A stretch of 55,187 bases of DNA from Pseudomonadota bacterium (GTDB taxonomy: Bacteria; Pseudomonadota; Gammaproteobacteria; Xanthomonadales; Xanthomonadaceae). This document shows, piece by piece, positions 9,933-20,596 of this stretch; positions within the stretch are counted from its first letter, which is position 1; the number at the start of each line of letters is the position of its first letter. The notes under the pieces are model-generated. The model was given only the letters and a program-made list of their open reading frames with translations. It made no database searches and had not been told where the DNA came from. The translations under genes were made by a program, and so were the position numbers. The stretch is from assembly GCA_023394655.1 (NCBI GenBank), contig JAEXAG010000154.1, positions 1 through 55,187 on the forward strand. Reading direction: 5' to 3'.

Positions 9933-11996
9933 ATGTCCGATCCGCTGCTCGTCACCACCGCCCTGCCCTATGCCAACGGCCCCCTGCATCTCGGCCACCT
10001 GGTCGGCTACATCCAGGCCGACATCTGGGTGCGGGCGCGCCGCATGGCGGGCGAGACGGTCCATTTCGTCTGCGCCGACGACACCCACGGCACGCCGATC
10101 ATGCTGGCGGCGGAAAAGGCCGGGACCACACCCGAAGCCTTCATCGCCGGCATCCAGTCGGGCCATGAAGCGGATTTCGCCGCCTTCCACGTCGGTTTCG
10201 ACCACTACGATTCCACCCACTCGCCACGCAACCGGGCACTGACCGAGGCGATCTACGCGCGCCTCGACGCCGCCGGCCACATCGGCAAGCGCACGGTGTC
10301 CCAGTTGTACGATCCCGAGCGCGGCATGTTCCTGCCCGACCGCTACGTGAAGGGCCGCTGCCCGCGCTGCGACGCACCGGACCAGTACGGCGACAACTGC
10401 GAGAACTGCGGCGCCACCTATGCGCCGACCGAGCTGAAAGATGCGAAATCGGTGGTGTCCGGTGCCACGCCCGAGCTGCGTGATTCCGAACACCACTTCT
10501 TCGAGCTGGGCCATTTCGAAGCCTTCCTGCGCGAATGGCTGGCGGGCGACGTTGCCGTACCGGGCGTCAAGGCCAAGTTGGCGGAGTGGCTGGATGGCGA
10601 AGGTGGCCTGCGCGCCTGGGACATCTCGCGCGACGCGCCCTACTTCGGTTTCGAGATCCCCGGCGCGCCGGGGAAGTACTTCTACGTGTGGCTGGATGCG
10701 CCGATCGGCTACCTCTCCAGCTTCCAGGCCCTGTGCGAGCGCGAAGGCATCGATTTCGACGCCTTCCTCGCGCCCGGCTCCAACGCGAAGATGCACCACT
10801 TCATCGGCAAGGACATCGTCAACTTCCACGGCCTGTTCTGGCCGGCGGTGCTGCACGGCTCCGGCCATCGCACGCCGACGCGGCTGCACGTCAACGGCTA
10901 TCTGACCGTGGACGGCGCCAAGATGTCGAAATCCCGCGGGACCTTCGTGATGGCACGTACCTATCTCGAGCAGGGCCTGCATCCCGAAGCGCTGCGCTAC
11001 TACTTCGCGGCCAAGACCAGCGGCGGCGTCGATGACCTCGATCTCAACCTGGCCGATTTCGTCAGCCGCGTGAACAGCGACATCGTCGGCAAGTTCGTGA
11101 ACCTCGCCAGCCGCTGCGCGGGCTTCATCGAGAAGCGCTTCGATGGACGCCTGGCCGATGCATTGCCGGAACCGGCGATGTACGCCGATTTCCTGGCGCG
11201 GCTCGCGCCCGTCCGCGAAGCCTACGCGGCCGACGATGCCGCGCAGGTGCTCCGTCTGGTGATGGCGATGGCCGACGATGCCAACCGCTACATCGACGAG
11301 AAGAAGCCCTGGGTGATCGCGAAGCAGCCGGATTCCGATGCCGAGTTGCAGGCCGTGTGCACCCAAGGGCTCAACCTGTTCCGCCTGCTGGCGCTTGCGC
11401 TGGCGCCGGTGCTGCCGGCCACGGCCGCGCGCGTGGCCGAATTCCTGGGCGCGCCGCTATCGCGCTGGGAAGATGCCGATGCGCCGTTGCTGGCACATCG
11501 CATCCAGCCCTACCAACCGCTTTTCACCCGGATCGACCCGAAGCAGATCGCCGCCATGACCGATGCCAGCAAGGACACCCTGAAGCCCGCCAGCGAAGCC
11601 GCCGCCCCGGCCAAGACCGCGAAATCCGCGCCGGCGCCCGCCGCCGACAAGACCGGCGATTCGGAATTCATCGGCATCGAGGATTTCGCCCGGCTCGATC
11701 TGCGCATCGGCAAGGTGCTGGAATGCGGCTTCGTCGAAGGCTCGGACAAGCTGCTGCGCTTCCTGCTGGACGCCGGCGATCTCGGCCAGCGGCAGATTTT
11801 CTCCGGCATCCGCGCCAGCTACGCCGAGCCGGAACGACTGGTCGGCCGCAATGTGGTGTTCATCGCCAACCTGGCACCGCGCAAGATGCGCTTCGGCGTG
11901 AGCGAGGGGATGATCCTCTCGGCCGGTTTCGACGGCGGCGCGCTGGCACTGCTGGATGCCGATGCCGGCGCCGAGCCGGGCATGCCGGTCCGCTGA
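9933..11996 (+). CDS. metG: Methionine--tRNA ligase
   Basis: [23 protein letters not shown] Zn knuckle, KMSKS and a C-terminal tRNA-binding domain. Confidence 0.98.
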   Translation: MSDPLLVTTALPYANGPLHLGHLVGYIQADIWVRARRMAGETVHFVCADDTHGTPIMLAAEKAGTTPEAFIAGIQSGHEADFAAFHVGFDHYDSTHSPRNRALTEAIYARLDAAGHIGKRTVSQLYDPERGMFLPDRYVKGRCPRCDAPDQYGDNCENCGATYAPTELKDAKSVVSGATPELRDSEHHFFELGHFEAFLREWLAGDVAVPGVKAKLAEWLDGEGGLRAWDISRDAPYFGFEIPGAPGKYFYVWLDAPIGYLSSFQALCEREGIDFDAFLAPGSNAKMHHFIGKDIVNFHGLFWPAVLHGSGHRTPTRLHVNGYLTVDGAKMSKSRGTFVMARTYLEQGLHPEALRYYFAAKTSGGVDDLDLNLADFVSRVNSDIVGKFVNLASRCAGFIEKRFDGRLADALPEPAMYADFLARLAPVREAYAADDAAQVLRLVMAMADDANRYIDEKKPWVIAKQPDSDAELQAVCTQGLNLFRLLALALAPVLPATAARVAEFLGAPLSRWEDADAPLLAHRIQPYQPLFTRIDPKQIAAMTDASKDTLKPASEAAAPAKTAKSAPAPAADKTGDSEFIGIEDFARLDLRIGKVLECGFVEGSDKLLRFLLDAGDLGQRQIFSGIRASYAEPERLVGRNVVFIANLAPRKMRFGVSEGMILSAGFDGGALALLDADAGAEPGMPVR

Positions 11997-12015
11997 GGCG
12001 GCACCGTCAGCGGCC

Positions 12016-12453
12016 ATGAAGGACGCCGCGGACCTCGTCGAGCGGATCGACCGCCTGCTGCCGCAGACCCAGTGCGGCCAATGCGGGTACGAGGGCTGCC
12101 GGCCCTATGCCGAGGCGCTGGCGCGTGGCGAGGCCGGCATCGAGCACTGCCCGCCGGGCGGCGATGCGGGGGCGCGAGCGTTGGCGCGCCTGCTCGGCGT
12201 CAAGGCGATCCCCTTCGACCGCAGCCGCGGCGAACATCTGCCGGACCGGGTGGCGGCGATCATCGAAGCGGACTGCATCGGTTGCACCAAGTGCATCCAG
12301 GCCTGTCCCGTGGACGCGATCGCCGGTGCATCCAAGCTGATGCACGTGGTGATCGCGCCGCTGTGCACGGGTTGCGAACTCTGCCTGCCGCCCTGCCCGG
12401 TGGATTGCATCGTGATGGTGCCGGGCCAGCCGGCCACCCTCGAGGCCGGCTGA
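12016..12453 (+). CDS. rnfB: RnfB/RsxB-like polyferredoxin (short, stand-alone)
   Basis: [14 protein letters not shown]...CPPGG FeS domain plus [14 protein letters not shown] and [14 protein letters not shown] 4Fe-4S motifs. Confidence 0.85.
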   Translation: MKDAADLVERIDRLLPQTQCGQCGYEGCRPYAEALARGEAGIEHCPPGGDAGARALARLLGVKAIPFDRSRGEHLPDRVAAIIEADCIGCTKCIQACPVDAIAGASKLMHVVIAPLCTGCELCLPPCPVDCIVMVPGQPATLEAG

Positions 12454-13434
12454 TCAGTTGCGCACGTCCGGCGTGCCGGGCGCGCAGGCGCTGCAGATGC
12501 GCTGCACGTCGTATCCCCTCGCACGCAGCATTTCCACCAGCCCGTCTTTGCCCAACAGATGCAGGGCACCGACCACCACCAGTGTGTCGTCGCCGTTGGG
12601 CGCGGAAAGCCGGGCTTCGACCTGCGGCAGCCACGCCTTGTTGCGGTCGGTGTTGATCAGGCGATAGGACACCGGGGTCTTTTCGGCCATCTCGGCACGC
12701 ATGCCGCGATCGAGTCCGGCGACATCTCCCTGCCGCCAGCGGGCGTGCAGCTCCTGCATCTCGCGGACGGCCTTGGGCATGTCGGACACCATCTGGTCCA
12801 GACCCTTCACCTGCTCTTCGTAAGGCACGGAATCAAGCGCGACGAGCTGGAATTCCAGCGTTTCCAGCCCCGCCACGTGCTTGCCGGATTCCCCGGCGCG
12901 GCCCATCAGCCGCTTGTCCATGCCGTGCTCGCCCTTGAAGCCGAGCGCCTGCGCGATGCCCACGCTCATGCCGAGGCTGAGCATCCACGGCTCCGACTCG
13001 CGCAACGCGGCCGGGTCCTGTCCGGCCATCTGCGAAAGCGCCTCCAGTTTTTCCCGGGTGGCGGCCGGCACCACCGTGTCGAAAGACTGCCCCGGCGCAT
13101 AACCGGCGACCTTTTCCATCGCCGCGGCCAGTATTGCCGGATCATCGACTTCGTCGGGATGCACCTCGAATATCAACTTTTCCGCATCCTCGAACGCGGC
13201 ATCGACATCCGGGTGGAAGGGATAGTCGTTCTCCAGCAACAGATGGAAGGAGCCCAGCAAGTACACGCGGTTCTCGCCGCGGGTGACCTGCCACAGCATC
13301 GGCACCGGCGGTGCGACGGTCGTGGCGTTGCCGGCGGCAGGTGCGGCAGTCGGGGTCGGCGGCGCGGCAAAGGCGGAGGCACAGCACAGCAGGCCGGCGG
13401 AAACGGCAACGGCAAGGACGCGGCGAAGGGACAT
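12454..13434 (-). CDS. TraB/GumN family exported protein
   Basis: Signal peptide, LWQV...VYLLGSFH, GLETLEFQ, DRNKAW and VVVGALHL motifs. Confidence 0.88.
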   Translation of the reverse strand: MSLRRVLAVAVSAGLLCCASAFAAPPTPTAAPAAGNATTVAPPVPMLWQVTRGENRVYLLGSFHLLLENDYPFHPDVDAAFEDAEKLIFEVHPDEVDDPAILAAAMEKVAGYAPGQSFDTVVPAATREKLEALSQMAGQDPAALRESEPWMLSLGMSVGIAQALGFKGEHGMDKRLMGRAGESGKHVAGLETLEFQLVALDSVPYEEQVKGLDQMVSDMPKAVREMQELHARWRQGDVAGLDRGMRAEMAEKTPVSYRLINTDRNKAWLPQVEARLSAPNGDDTLVVVGALHLLGKDGLVEMLRARGYDVQRICSACAPGTPDVRN

Positions 13435-13497
13435 CGAAAACTCCGGAAACGTGATTTCGTTTCGCAGTATTAACACACCGTCAAAGACGCGAACACG

Positions 13498-15315
13498 TCA
13501 GCGGCCGCGCAGGAACCAGCGATCGATGTCGGCCAGGCTGAAGCGCGCCCACGTCGGACGGCCGTGGTTGCACTGCGCCGAGCGCTCCGTGGCCTCCATT
13601 TCGCGCAGCAGCGCGTTCATTTCCGGCAGCGTGAGCCGGCGATTGGCGCGCACGCTGCCGTGGCAGGCCATGGTCGCCAGCAGCTCGTCACGTGCCTCGG
13701 TCACGCGCGGGCTGTGGCCGTGCTCGACGAAATCCGCCAGCACGTCGCGCACCAGCGCCTCTGCGTCGCCCTGTGCCAGCAGCGCCGGCACCGCGCGCAA
13801 GAGCAGGGATTGTTCGCCGCTGCGGACCAGATCGAAGCCGAGCGTCTGCAGCGCTTCGGCTTCGCGTTCCACCAGTTCCGCCTCGCGCACCGCCACCGCG
13901 ATCGACATCGGCACCAGCAGCGGCTGCAGGCGCAGGCCCTCGCCATCGAAGGCGGCCTTCAGCTTCTCGTAGTTGATGCGCTCGTGCGCGGCGTGCATGT
14001 CCACCACCACCAGCCCGTCCGCGGTCTCGGCGAGGATGTGGATGCCATGCAGCTGGGCGATGGCGAAACCGAGCGGCGGGATCTCGCCCTCCGGCCCGAT
14101 CGCCTGCGCCATCGCCGGCGCGACCGGGCCGGAGGCACTCACCGCGCCGCCGCGCCCGTAGAGCGCCGCGTAGGCCGACGGCGCCTCGGCCACGCCCAGC
14201 CCGAGCGGAGATTGCGGCGGGGCCGAACGCGGCAACATCGAAGTGCCGGCCGCATCCGTCTGCCAAGCGGCGGATGCCGGCATCGACACGGGTGCGGCAC
14301 CGGCTCGGGTTTCGGCCAGGGCCTCGCGCAGTGTGCGGTGGACGAAATCGTGGACCAGGCGGCCATCGCGGAAGCGCACTTCGTGCTTGGCCGGATGCAC
14401 GTTCACGTCCACCCGGCGCGGATCGAGTTCGAGGAACAGCACGTAAGCCGGCTGGCGGCCATGGAACAGCACGTCGGAATAGGCCAGCTTGACCGCATGC
14501 GCCACGCTGCGATCGCGCACCGCGCGCCCGTTGACGTAAAGGTACTGCTGGTCGGCGCTGGCCCGGTTGTAGGCGGGATGGGCGATCCACCCATGCAGGC
14601 GCAACCCGGCGGCGGCATGGTCGATGGACATGGCGTTGCGGGTGAACTCCTCGCCGAGGGTCTGCAGCAGGCGATCATCCGCCACCAGTTCGCCTTGCGT
14701 GCCGCCCCGGTAGCGGCGGCTGGCCTTGCCGTTGTGGCCGAGGCGCAGTTCCACGTCCGGCCGGGCCAGCGCCAGTTGCCGCAGCCACTCTTCGACATGG
14801 CCCAGCTCGGTGCGCTCGGCGCGCATGAACTTGCGGCGCGCGGGCGTGTTGAAGAAGAGGTCGCGGACTTCCACCGTGGTCCCCACCGCCTGCGCGGCGG
14901 GCAAGAGCTCGCCGACCCGGCCGCCTTCCACCTCCAGCGCATGGCCGTGGGCATCCTCGGCGCGCCGGCTGGCGATGCGGAAACGGCTGACCGAGGCAAT
15001 CGAAGGCAGGGCCTCGCCGCGGAAACCCAGCGTCGCCACGGCCTCCAGATCCTCGAGGCTGGCGATCTTGCTGGTGGCGTGGCGCTGCACGGCCATCGGC
15101 AGTTCTTCCGGCGCGATGCCGCGGCCATCGTCGCGCACCCGCACCAGTCGTGCGCCGCCTTCCTCCAGGTCGATGTCCACCCGCGTGGCGCCGGCATCCA
15201 GTGCGTTCTCGACCAGTTCCTTGACCACCGAGGCCGGACGCTCCACCACTTCGCCGGCGGCGATCTGGTTAGCCAGGGTCTCGGGCAACAGGCGGATGCG
15301 GCGATCTTCGGTCAC
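13498..15315 (-). CDS. mutL: DNA mismatch repair protein MutL (endonuclease type)
   Basis: [51 protein letters not shown] and CNHGRP. Confidence 0.97.
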   Translation of the reverse strand: MTEDRRIRLLPETLANQIAAGEVVERPASVVKELVENALDAGATRVDIDLEEGGARLVRVRDDGRGIAPEELPMAVQRHATSKIASLEDLEAVATLGFRGEALPSIASVSRFRIASRRAEDAHGHALEVEGGRVGELLPAAQAVGTTVEVRDLFFNTPARRKFMRAERTELGHVEEWLRQLALARPDVELRLGHNGKASRRYRGGTQGELVADDRLLQTLGEEFTRNAMSIDHAAAGLRLHGWIAHPAYNRASADQQYLYVNGRAVRDRSVAHAVKLAYSDVLFHGRQPAYVLFLELDPRRVDVNVHPAKHEVRFRDGRLVHDFVHRTLREALAETRAGAAPVSMPASAAWQTDAAGTSMLPRSAPPQSPLGLGVAEAPSAYAALYGRGGAVSASGPVAPAMAQAIGPEGEIPPLGFAIAQLHGIHILAETADGLVVVDMHAAHERINYEKLKAAFDGEGLRLQPLLVPMSIAVAVREAELVEREAEALQTLGFDLVRSGEQSLLLRAVPALLAQGDAEALVRDVLADFVEHGHSPRVTEARDELLATMACHGSVRANRRLTLPEMNALLREMEATERSAQCNHGRPTWARFSLADIDRWFLRGR

Positions 15316-15372
15316 GGGCGGCTCACGCGGAACGGTCCGTGATTCTAAGCCGCCCCGCCCCGCGAGGCAGGC

Positions 15373-16818
15373 TCAGGGCGACGCGGTGGAGGCGACGCTG
15401 CCGCCCTGCGCTTCGCGACGCGCGGCGTAATGGGTGCCGGGCGGCGGCATGCGGGTGAAGTGGTTGTGGATGCCATCGAGCACCGCGCGCGCCAGCTGGC
15501 GCTGGAACTCGGGATCGCGCAGGCGGCGCTCCTCGTCGGGATTGCTGATGAAAGCGGTTTCCACCAGCATCGAAGGCACGTCCGGCGAACGCAGCACGAC
15601 GAAGTTGGCCTTCTCGATCTGGTTCTTGTGGGTCTTCCCGACCTGCCGCAGTCCGCCCAGCACTTCGTTGGCGATCTGCTCGGAAGCCCGCTGCGTTGCG
15701 CTCTGCGAGAGATCGAGCAGCACCGAGGCCAGCGTGTTTTCCTTGCCCTGCAGGCGCACGCCGCCGACCAGATCGGCCGCGTTCTCCCGATCCGCCAGCC
15801 AGCGCGCGGCCTGCGAGGAAGCGCCACGAAGCGACAGCACGTACACCGAGGAACCGCGCGCGCTGCGGTTTTCCGCCGCATCCGCATGGATCGAGACGAA
15901 GACATCGGCCTTGGCCCGGCGCGCCCGCTGGTAACGCTCGGCCAAGGGGATGAAGAAATCGGCATCGCGGGTGAGGTAGGCCTTCAGGCCGGGCATCGCA
16001 TCCACCTGTCGCGCCAGTTCACGCGCCACGGCGAGGGTGATGTCCTTTTCACGGGTGCCGGCGAGGCCGACCGCGCCCGGATCCTGGCCGCCGTGGCCGG
16101 CATCGATGGCGACGATGATCGGCCGCAACATGCCCGGGCGGTTGAGGTCACGCACGGTCCGCACCGGCGTGGCGGCAGGGGTGGATGCCGGCGCGGGTGC
16201 AGCCTGCTGCGGGGGCGGCGTGGCCGTGGCCACGGGCGTGTTCGGCTGGGTCTGCGGGGTGTGCGTTGCTTGCGCGGCCGCCGGCGCGGGCGTGGCAGGC
16301 GATGGCGATGCGGCAGGCGGCGCATCCGCCGCCGAGGCCAGCGACGCCGGCGTTTCCGCAGAGGCCGCAGCCGGCGCGCTCGATTGGGTGGCCGCCGCCG
16401 CGATGGCGGCGATGCCGTCGCCCGGCCATTCCAGGATCACCACCGCCTTGCCATCACGCCATTCCATGCGAGGGCCGATCACCACCACCGGCGCCGCCAA
16501 GTCGAAGACGATGCGCGCGATCCCCGCTTCCGGCTGGCCACTGCGCACCGAGCGCACCAGCCCGGCACCGGCAGGCAGCCGCAAGCGCGGCGACAGCCCG
16601 GACTGGGCGATGTCGAGGACGAGTCGGTCGGGATTCGACAACGGGATCACCCGATATTCGGCGCGGGCATCCAGGACGACTTCGGCACGCGTGCCGGTCG
16701 GGCCGACTTCGATGCTCACCGCGCGGACCTCCCGCGCTTCGGCCAGATTCCAGACGAGCGCGAGGAGGAGCATCAGCCCCAACACGATTTGCTCGATCCG
16801 GAGTCCCCTGGCGCGCAT
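15373..16818 (-). CDS. amiC: N-acetylmuramoyl-L-alanine amidase (AMIN + Amidase_3) with a long Ala/Pro linker
   Basis: AMIN-like NPDRLVLD, IDAGHGGQDPGA, FVSIHADA, LVETAFISN. Sits in the tsaE-ami-mutL position. Confidence 0.9.
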   Translation of the reverse strand: MRARGLRIEQIVLGLMLLLALVWNLAEAREVRAVSIEVGPTGTRAEVVLDARAEYRVIPLSNPDRLVLDIAQSGLSPRLRLPAGAGLVRSVRSGQPEAGIARIVFDLAAPVVVIGPRMEWRDGKAVVILEWPGDGIAAIAAAATQSSAPAAASAETPASLASAADAPPAASPSPATPAPAAAQATHTPQTQPNTPVATATPPPQQAAPAPASTPAATPVRTVRDLNRPGMLRPIIVAIDAGHGGQDPGAVGLAGTREKDITLAVARELARQVDAMPGLKAYLTRDADFFIPLAERYQRARRAKADVFVSIHADAAENRSARGSSVYVLSLRGASSQAARWLADRENAADLVGGVRLQGKENTLASVLLDLSQSATQRASEQIANEVLGGLRQVGKTHKNQIEKANFVVLRSPDVPSMLVETAFISNPDEERRLRDPEFQRQLARAVLDGIHNHFTRMPPPGTHYAARREAQGGSVASTASP

Positions 16819-16853
16819 GGGTCGATTCAAACATCCACGGCTTTCGAGTTCAA
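16819..16853 (-). promoter_or_regulatory. Sigma70-like promoter for a probably leaderless amiC transcript
   Basis: Minus strand reads TTGAAC-17 nt-TTGAAT (preceded by TGt)-6 nt-ATG 16818. No SD. Confidence 0.6.
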
Positions 16854-16900
16854 CCATTTTCCCTTGGAAATCCGTGGCTTCGGTTAACTTCCTCTCAGGT

Positions 16901-17383
16901 TTACGAGGATCGGTCCGCTTCCGGGCCCGTCATCGCCCCGAGTGCCTCCAGCCAGGCCTCGCCCGCCGGGCTGCCGGCCTCGGCATGGAGGTGGCGTCCA
17001 GCGCCGGCCACTTCGAGGCGCACATGGAGGTCCGCCGGCGGCAAGGCACCCTGCCCGCGCGCCGGCCATTCGACCAGCCACAGCGACACCCGATCGCCTT
17101 CGATGCCGAGGAATTCCAGCTCGCCGGGATCGCCGATGCGGTACAGATCCAGATGCAGGGCTTCGCGGCCATCGGCCAGCGGGTAGCGCTCGACCAGTGT
17201 GTATGTCGGGCTGCGGATGGTGCCTTCCACGCCCAGTGCGCGCAGGAAGGCGCGGGCGAAACTGGATTTGCCCGCGCCAAGATCGCCGTGCAGGTAGACC
17301 ACGGCCTGCAGCGGACGCGCATCGGCGAATGCGCGCGCCGTCGCGTCGGTGGCATCGGCATCAGGCAGGAATCGTTCAAGCAT
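16901..17383 (-). CDS. tsaE: tRNA threonylcarbamoyladenosine biosynthesis ATPase TsaE
   Basis: LHGDLGAGKS, SPTYTLVERY, HLDLYR and LVEWP. Confidence 0.96.
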   Translation of the reverse strand: MLERFLPDADATDATARAFADARPLQAVVYLHGDLGAGKSSFARAFLRALGVEGTIRSPTYTLVERYPLADGREALHLDLYRIGDPGELEFLGIEGDRVSLWLVEWPARGQGALPPADLHVRLEVAGAGRHLHAEAGSPAGEAWLEALGAMTGPEADRSS

Positions 17384-18854
17384 CGAGGCACTCCAGGATC
17401 GCGGGACGGAGCCGATCCACGAGGTCGGAGGCCAGCATCCCGACCTCGCCATCGCCTGCCGCAAGGTCGCCGGCGCGCGAATGCAGCCACGCGCCTTCGG
17501 CAGCCGCGACGAACGGCGGATTGCCCGCGGCCAGCCGCGCACCGATGACACCGGCCAGCGCATCGCCCATCCCGCCGGAGGCCATGCCCGGGTTGCCGAC
17601 ATCCAGCACCCGGGGCCGCTCGCCGGGCGCGACGACGATCGTGCCGGCCCCCTTCAGCACCACGGCGCATCGGAAGCGTTCGCAGAGCCGGCGGGCGGCG
17701 CCGAAGCGATCGGCCTGGATTTCCGCGACCGGGCAGCCGAGCAGTCGTGCCGCCTCGCCCGGATGCGGGGTCAGGACCGCCTGCGCATGCGAGACGCTGC
17801 CTGACCGTTGCACCAGCAGGTTCAGCGCATCCGCATCCAGCACGCAGGGCCTGCCGGCATCCAGCACGGCGTCGAGCAGGGATCGGCCCCAGTCGCCAGT
17901 GCCGAGCCCGGGGCCGACCACCAGGGCATCGGCACGTTCGAGCAGCGGGTACAGGGATTCGCCGCCGTCTACCGCGTGGGCCATGGCTTCGGGCCGACGT
18001 GCAAGCAAGGGCGTGAGATGTGTCGCGTCGGTGGCGACCGTCGCCAGGCCGGCCCCGGCACGCAACGCGGCCTCCGCCGCGATGATGATGGCGCCACCCG
18101 AGCCCGCCGCACCACCCGCGAGCAGCAGGTGGCCATTGCGCCCCTTGTGCGAATCGCGCGGGCGCGACGGCCACCGGGGGCGAGCCTGCAGTTCCGCGGC
18201 AGGCGCGATGCCTTCGAAGCATGCGGCCGGCAGATCCAGCGCGGCCAGCGACTTCAGGCCGACGTGATCCAGCGCCGCGCCGGTGGCGAGGCCGGCATGG
18301 GCGGCGAGGAACTGCAGCGTGCGCGTGGCAAGGACGGCGATGCCCGGCACCGCGCCACGCGCGGCATCGACGCCGCTGGGCACGTCGAGCGCCAGTCGCG
18401 GCACCGGCATCGCGTTGGCGGCCGCGATCATGCCGGCCGCGGCACCCTCGGGCGCGCGATCGAGACCGAGCCCGAACAGGGCATCGACGATGATGTCCGC
18501 CTCGGGCAGCTCGCCCTCGGAAGGCAAGTCGATGCCGCCTGCCTCGCGGTATTCCGCAGCCATTTGCCGCGCCAGCTCGCTGCGAGGCGGCATGTCCGCG
18601 GGCGTCACCACCCGCACATGGCGCCCGGATTCCAGCGCATGGCGCGCCAGCACCCAGCCATCACCGCCGTTGTTGCCCGGCCCGGCCAGCACCAGCACGC
18701 GCATCGCCGCCGGCCAGTGCGCCAGAAGGGCCTGCCAGCCGGCAAGTCCGGCACGACGCATCAGCGTGTCCTCGGCAATGCCGGCCCGTGCGCAGGCGTG
18801 CCGTTCCAGCTCGCGCACGGCGGCGATGTCATGGAGCGCGAAGGGCGAAGGCAT
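17376..18854 (-). CDS. nnr: Bifunctional NAD(P)H-hydrate epimerase/dehydratase (YjeF)
   Basis: GPGNNGGDG, DALFGLG, DVPSG, DSHKG, GPGLG, LTPHPGEAARL and GGMGDALAG. Confidence 0.94.
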   Translation of the reverse strand: MPSPFALHDIAAVRELERHACARAGIAEDTLMRRAGLAGWQALLAHWPAAMRVLVLAGPGNNGGDGWVLARHALESGRHVRVVTPADMPPRSELARQMAAEYREAGGIDLPSEGELPEADIIVDALFGLGLDRAPEGAAAGMIAAANAMPVPRLALDVPSGVDAARGAVPGIAVLATRTLQFLAAHAGLATGAALDHVGLKSLAALDLPAACFEGIAPAAELQARPRWPSRPRDSHKGRNGHLLLAGGAAGSGGAIIIAAEAALRAGAGLATVATDATHLTPLLARRPEAMAHAVDGGESLYPLLERADALVVGPGLGTGDWGRSLLDAVLDAGRPCVLDADALNLLVQRSGSVSHAQAVLTPHPGEAARLLGCPVAEIQADRFGAARRLCERFRCAVVLKGAGTIVVAPGERPRVLDVGNPGMASGGMGDALAGVIGARLAAGNPPFVAAAEGAWLHSRAGDLAAGDGEVGMLASDLVDRLRPAILECLDA

Positions 18855-18876
18855 GCGGCGATTCTATACTTCCCCC
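18855..18876. promoter_or_regulatory. Bidirectional overlapping -10 elements between nnr and queG
   Basis: 22-bp gap. Top strand TATACT (18865-70)-6 nt-ATG. Bottom strand TAGAAT (18866-61)-6 nt-ATG. Confidence 0.7.
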
Positions 18877-19965
18877 ATGCCTCCACAGACCCTGCCCGCG
18901 GACCTGGTCGCGCGCATCCGCGGCGAAGCGGAGGCGCTCGGGTTCAGCCGCTTCGGCGTCAGCGGGGTCGAGCTGGGCGAAGACGCCGGGCACCTGCGAA
19001 GCTGGCTGGCCGAAGGCATGCACGGCACCATGCAATGGATGGCGGCGCACGGCGAGAAGCGCGCGCGGCCGGCGGAACTCATCCCCGGCACGATCTCGGT
19101 GGTCTCGGTGGGGCTGGATTACGGCCGCGAACACGAAGAAGCCTGGGCTACGCTGCAGGATGGCGAGCGCGCCTACGTCGCCCGCTATGCGCTCGGCCGC
19201 GATTACCACAAGCTCATGCGCAACCGCCTGCAGAAGCTGGCCCGGCGCATCGAGGCGATCATCGGGCCGTTCGGGCATCGCGTGTTCGTGGATTCCGCGC
19301 CGGTGCTGGAACGCGCGCTGGCACGCAACGCGGGGCTCGGCTGGATCGGCAAGCACACCTGCCTGATCGACCGCGACGGCGGCAGCTGGTTCTTCCTCGG
19401 CGAGATCTACCTCGATCTCGCGCTGCCCGCGGACCCGCCCGCCACGCATCATTGCGGAAGCTGCACCCGCTGCATCGAGGTCTGCCCGACCGCCGCCATC
19501 ATCGCGCCCTACCGGCTGGATGCGCGCCGCTGCATCAGCTACCTGACCATCGAGCACGAAGGTCCGATCCCGGAAGAATTCCGCGAGGCGATCGGCAACC
19601 GCATCTTCGGCTGCGACGATTGCCAGCTGGTCTGCCCCTGGAACAAGTTCGCGCGGCGTTTCGACGAGCCGGACTTCGCGGTGCGCAACGGGCTGGACCG
19701 GGCTTCGCTGGCGGAGCTGTTCGCCTGGAGCGAAGCGGAGTTCCTGCAGCGCACCGAGGGCTCGGCGATCCGCCGCACCGGCCACGAACGCTGGCTGCGC
19801 AACATCGCGGTGGCGCTCGGCAACGCACCGACCACGCCGGAGGTGCTCGCGGCACTGGCATCGCGTCGCGGGGATCCTTCACCACTGGTGCGCGAGCACG
19901 TCGAGTGGGCGCTCGCCCGGCATGGCCACGGCGCGGCATGCGGGGATCCGCCGCCACCGGGCTGA
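18877..19965 (+). CDS. queG: Epoxyqueuosine reductase
   Basis: RYALGRDYHK, VDSAPVLER, GLGWIGKHT, CGSCTRCIEVCPT and GCDDCQLVCPWN. Confidence 0.96.
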   Translation: MPPQTLPADLVARIRGEAEALGFSRFGVSGVELGEDAGHLRSWLAEGMHGTMQWMAAHGEKRARPAELIPGTISVVSVGLDYGREHEEAWATLQDGERAYVARYALGRDYHKLMRNRLQKLARRIEAIIGPFGHRVFVDSAPVLERALARNAGLGWIGKHTCLIDRDGGSWFFLGEIYLDLALPADPPATHHCGSCTRCIEVCPTAAIIAPYRLDARRCISYLTIEHEGPIPEEFREAIGNRIFGCDDCQLVCPWNKFARRFDEPDFAVRNGLDRASLAELFAWSEAEFLQRTEGSAIRRTGHERWLRNIAVALGNAPTTPEVLAALASRRGDPSPLVREHVEWALARHGHGAACGDPPPPG

Positions 19966-20033
19966 TGTCCGGCATCGGCGCAGCGCCGCCGGCCGCCCTA
20001 TAATCCCGGACTTACGTTTCCCGAGGCACGGCC

Positions 20034-20591
20034 ATGATCAAGGACATCCAGAAGGACGCGCAGACGCGCATGCAGAAGAGCATCGAGGCCTTGCGCCAAG
20101 AACTGGGCAAGGTCCGAACCGGCCGTGCCACGACCGCGCTCGTGGATCACATCAAGGTCAACAGCTACGGCTCGGACATGCCGCTTTCGCAGGTGGCCAG
20201 CGTCGCGGTGAGCGATGCGCGCTCCCTGACCATCACCCCGTGGGACAAGCAGATGGTCGCCGCGGTGGAGAAGGCGCTGATCAACTCCGACCTCGGCCTG
20301 ACCCCGAACACCGCCGGCCTGACCATCCGCATCAACATCCCGCCGCTGACCGAAGAGCGCCGCCGCGAGCTGGCCAAGGTGGTCAACTCCAACGGCGAGG
20401 ACGCCAAGGTGGCGATCCGCAACATCCGCCGCGATGCCAACCAGAAGGTCAAGGACCTGCTGAAGGACAAGCAGGTCTCCGAGGACGACGTCCGCAAGAG
20501 CGAAGAGGACGTGCAGAAGCTCACCGACAAGGCGATCAAGGACGTCGAGGACGTGCTGAAGGCCAAGGAACAGGAGCTGATGGCGGTCTGA
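20034..20591 (+). CDS. frr: Ribosome recycling factor
   Basis: VRTGRA, IPPLTEERRRELAK and AIRNIRRDAN. TATAAT at 19999-20004 and GAGG SD upstream. Confidence 0.98.
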   Translation: MIKDIQKDAQTRMQKSIEALRQELGKVRTGRATTALVDHIKVNSYGSDMPLSQVASVAVSDARSLTITPWDKQMVAAVEKALINSDLGLTPNTAGLTIRINIPPLTEERRRELAKVVNSNGEDAKVAIRNIRRDANQKVKDLLKDKQVSEDDVRKSEEDVQKLTDKAIKDVEDVLKAKEQELMAV

Positions 20592-20596
20592 CCGCC

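Noticed and set aside
13498..14010. MutL C-terminal endonuclease motifs
   Set aside because: Real, but expected for MutH-less gammaproteobacteria, so not novel.
16160..16410. Ala/Pro-rich low-complexity stretch in amiC
   Set aside because: An ordinary interdomain linker with no regular DNA repeat unit.
19965..20003. TGATG-started 12-aa ORF (MSGIGAAPPAAL) after queG
   Set aside because: It ends 30 nt before frr, which has its own -10 and SD, so it does not bridge and is probably chance.
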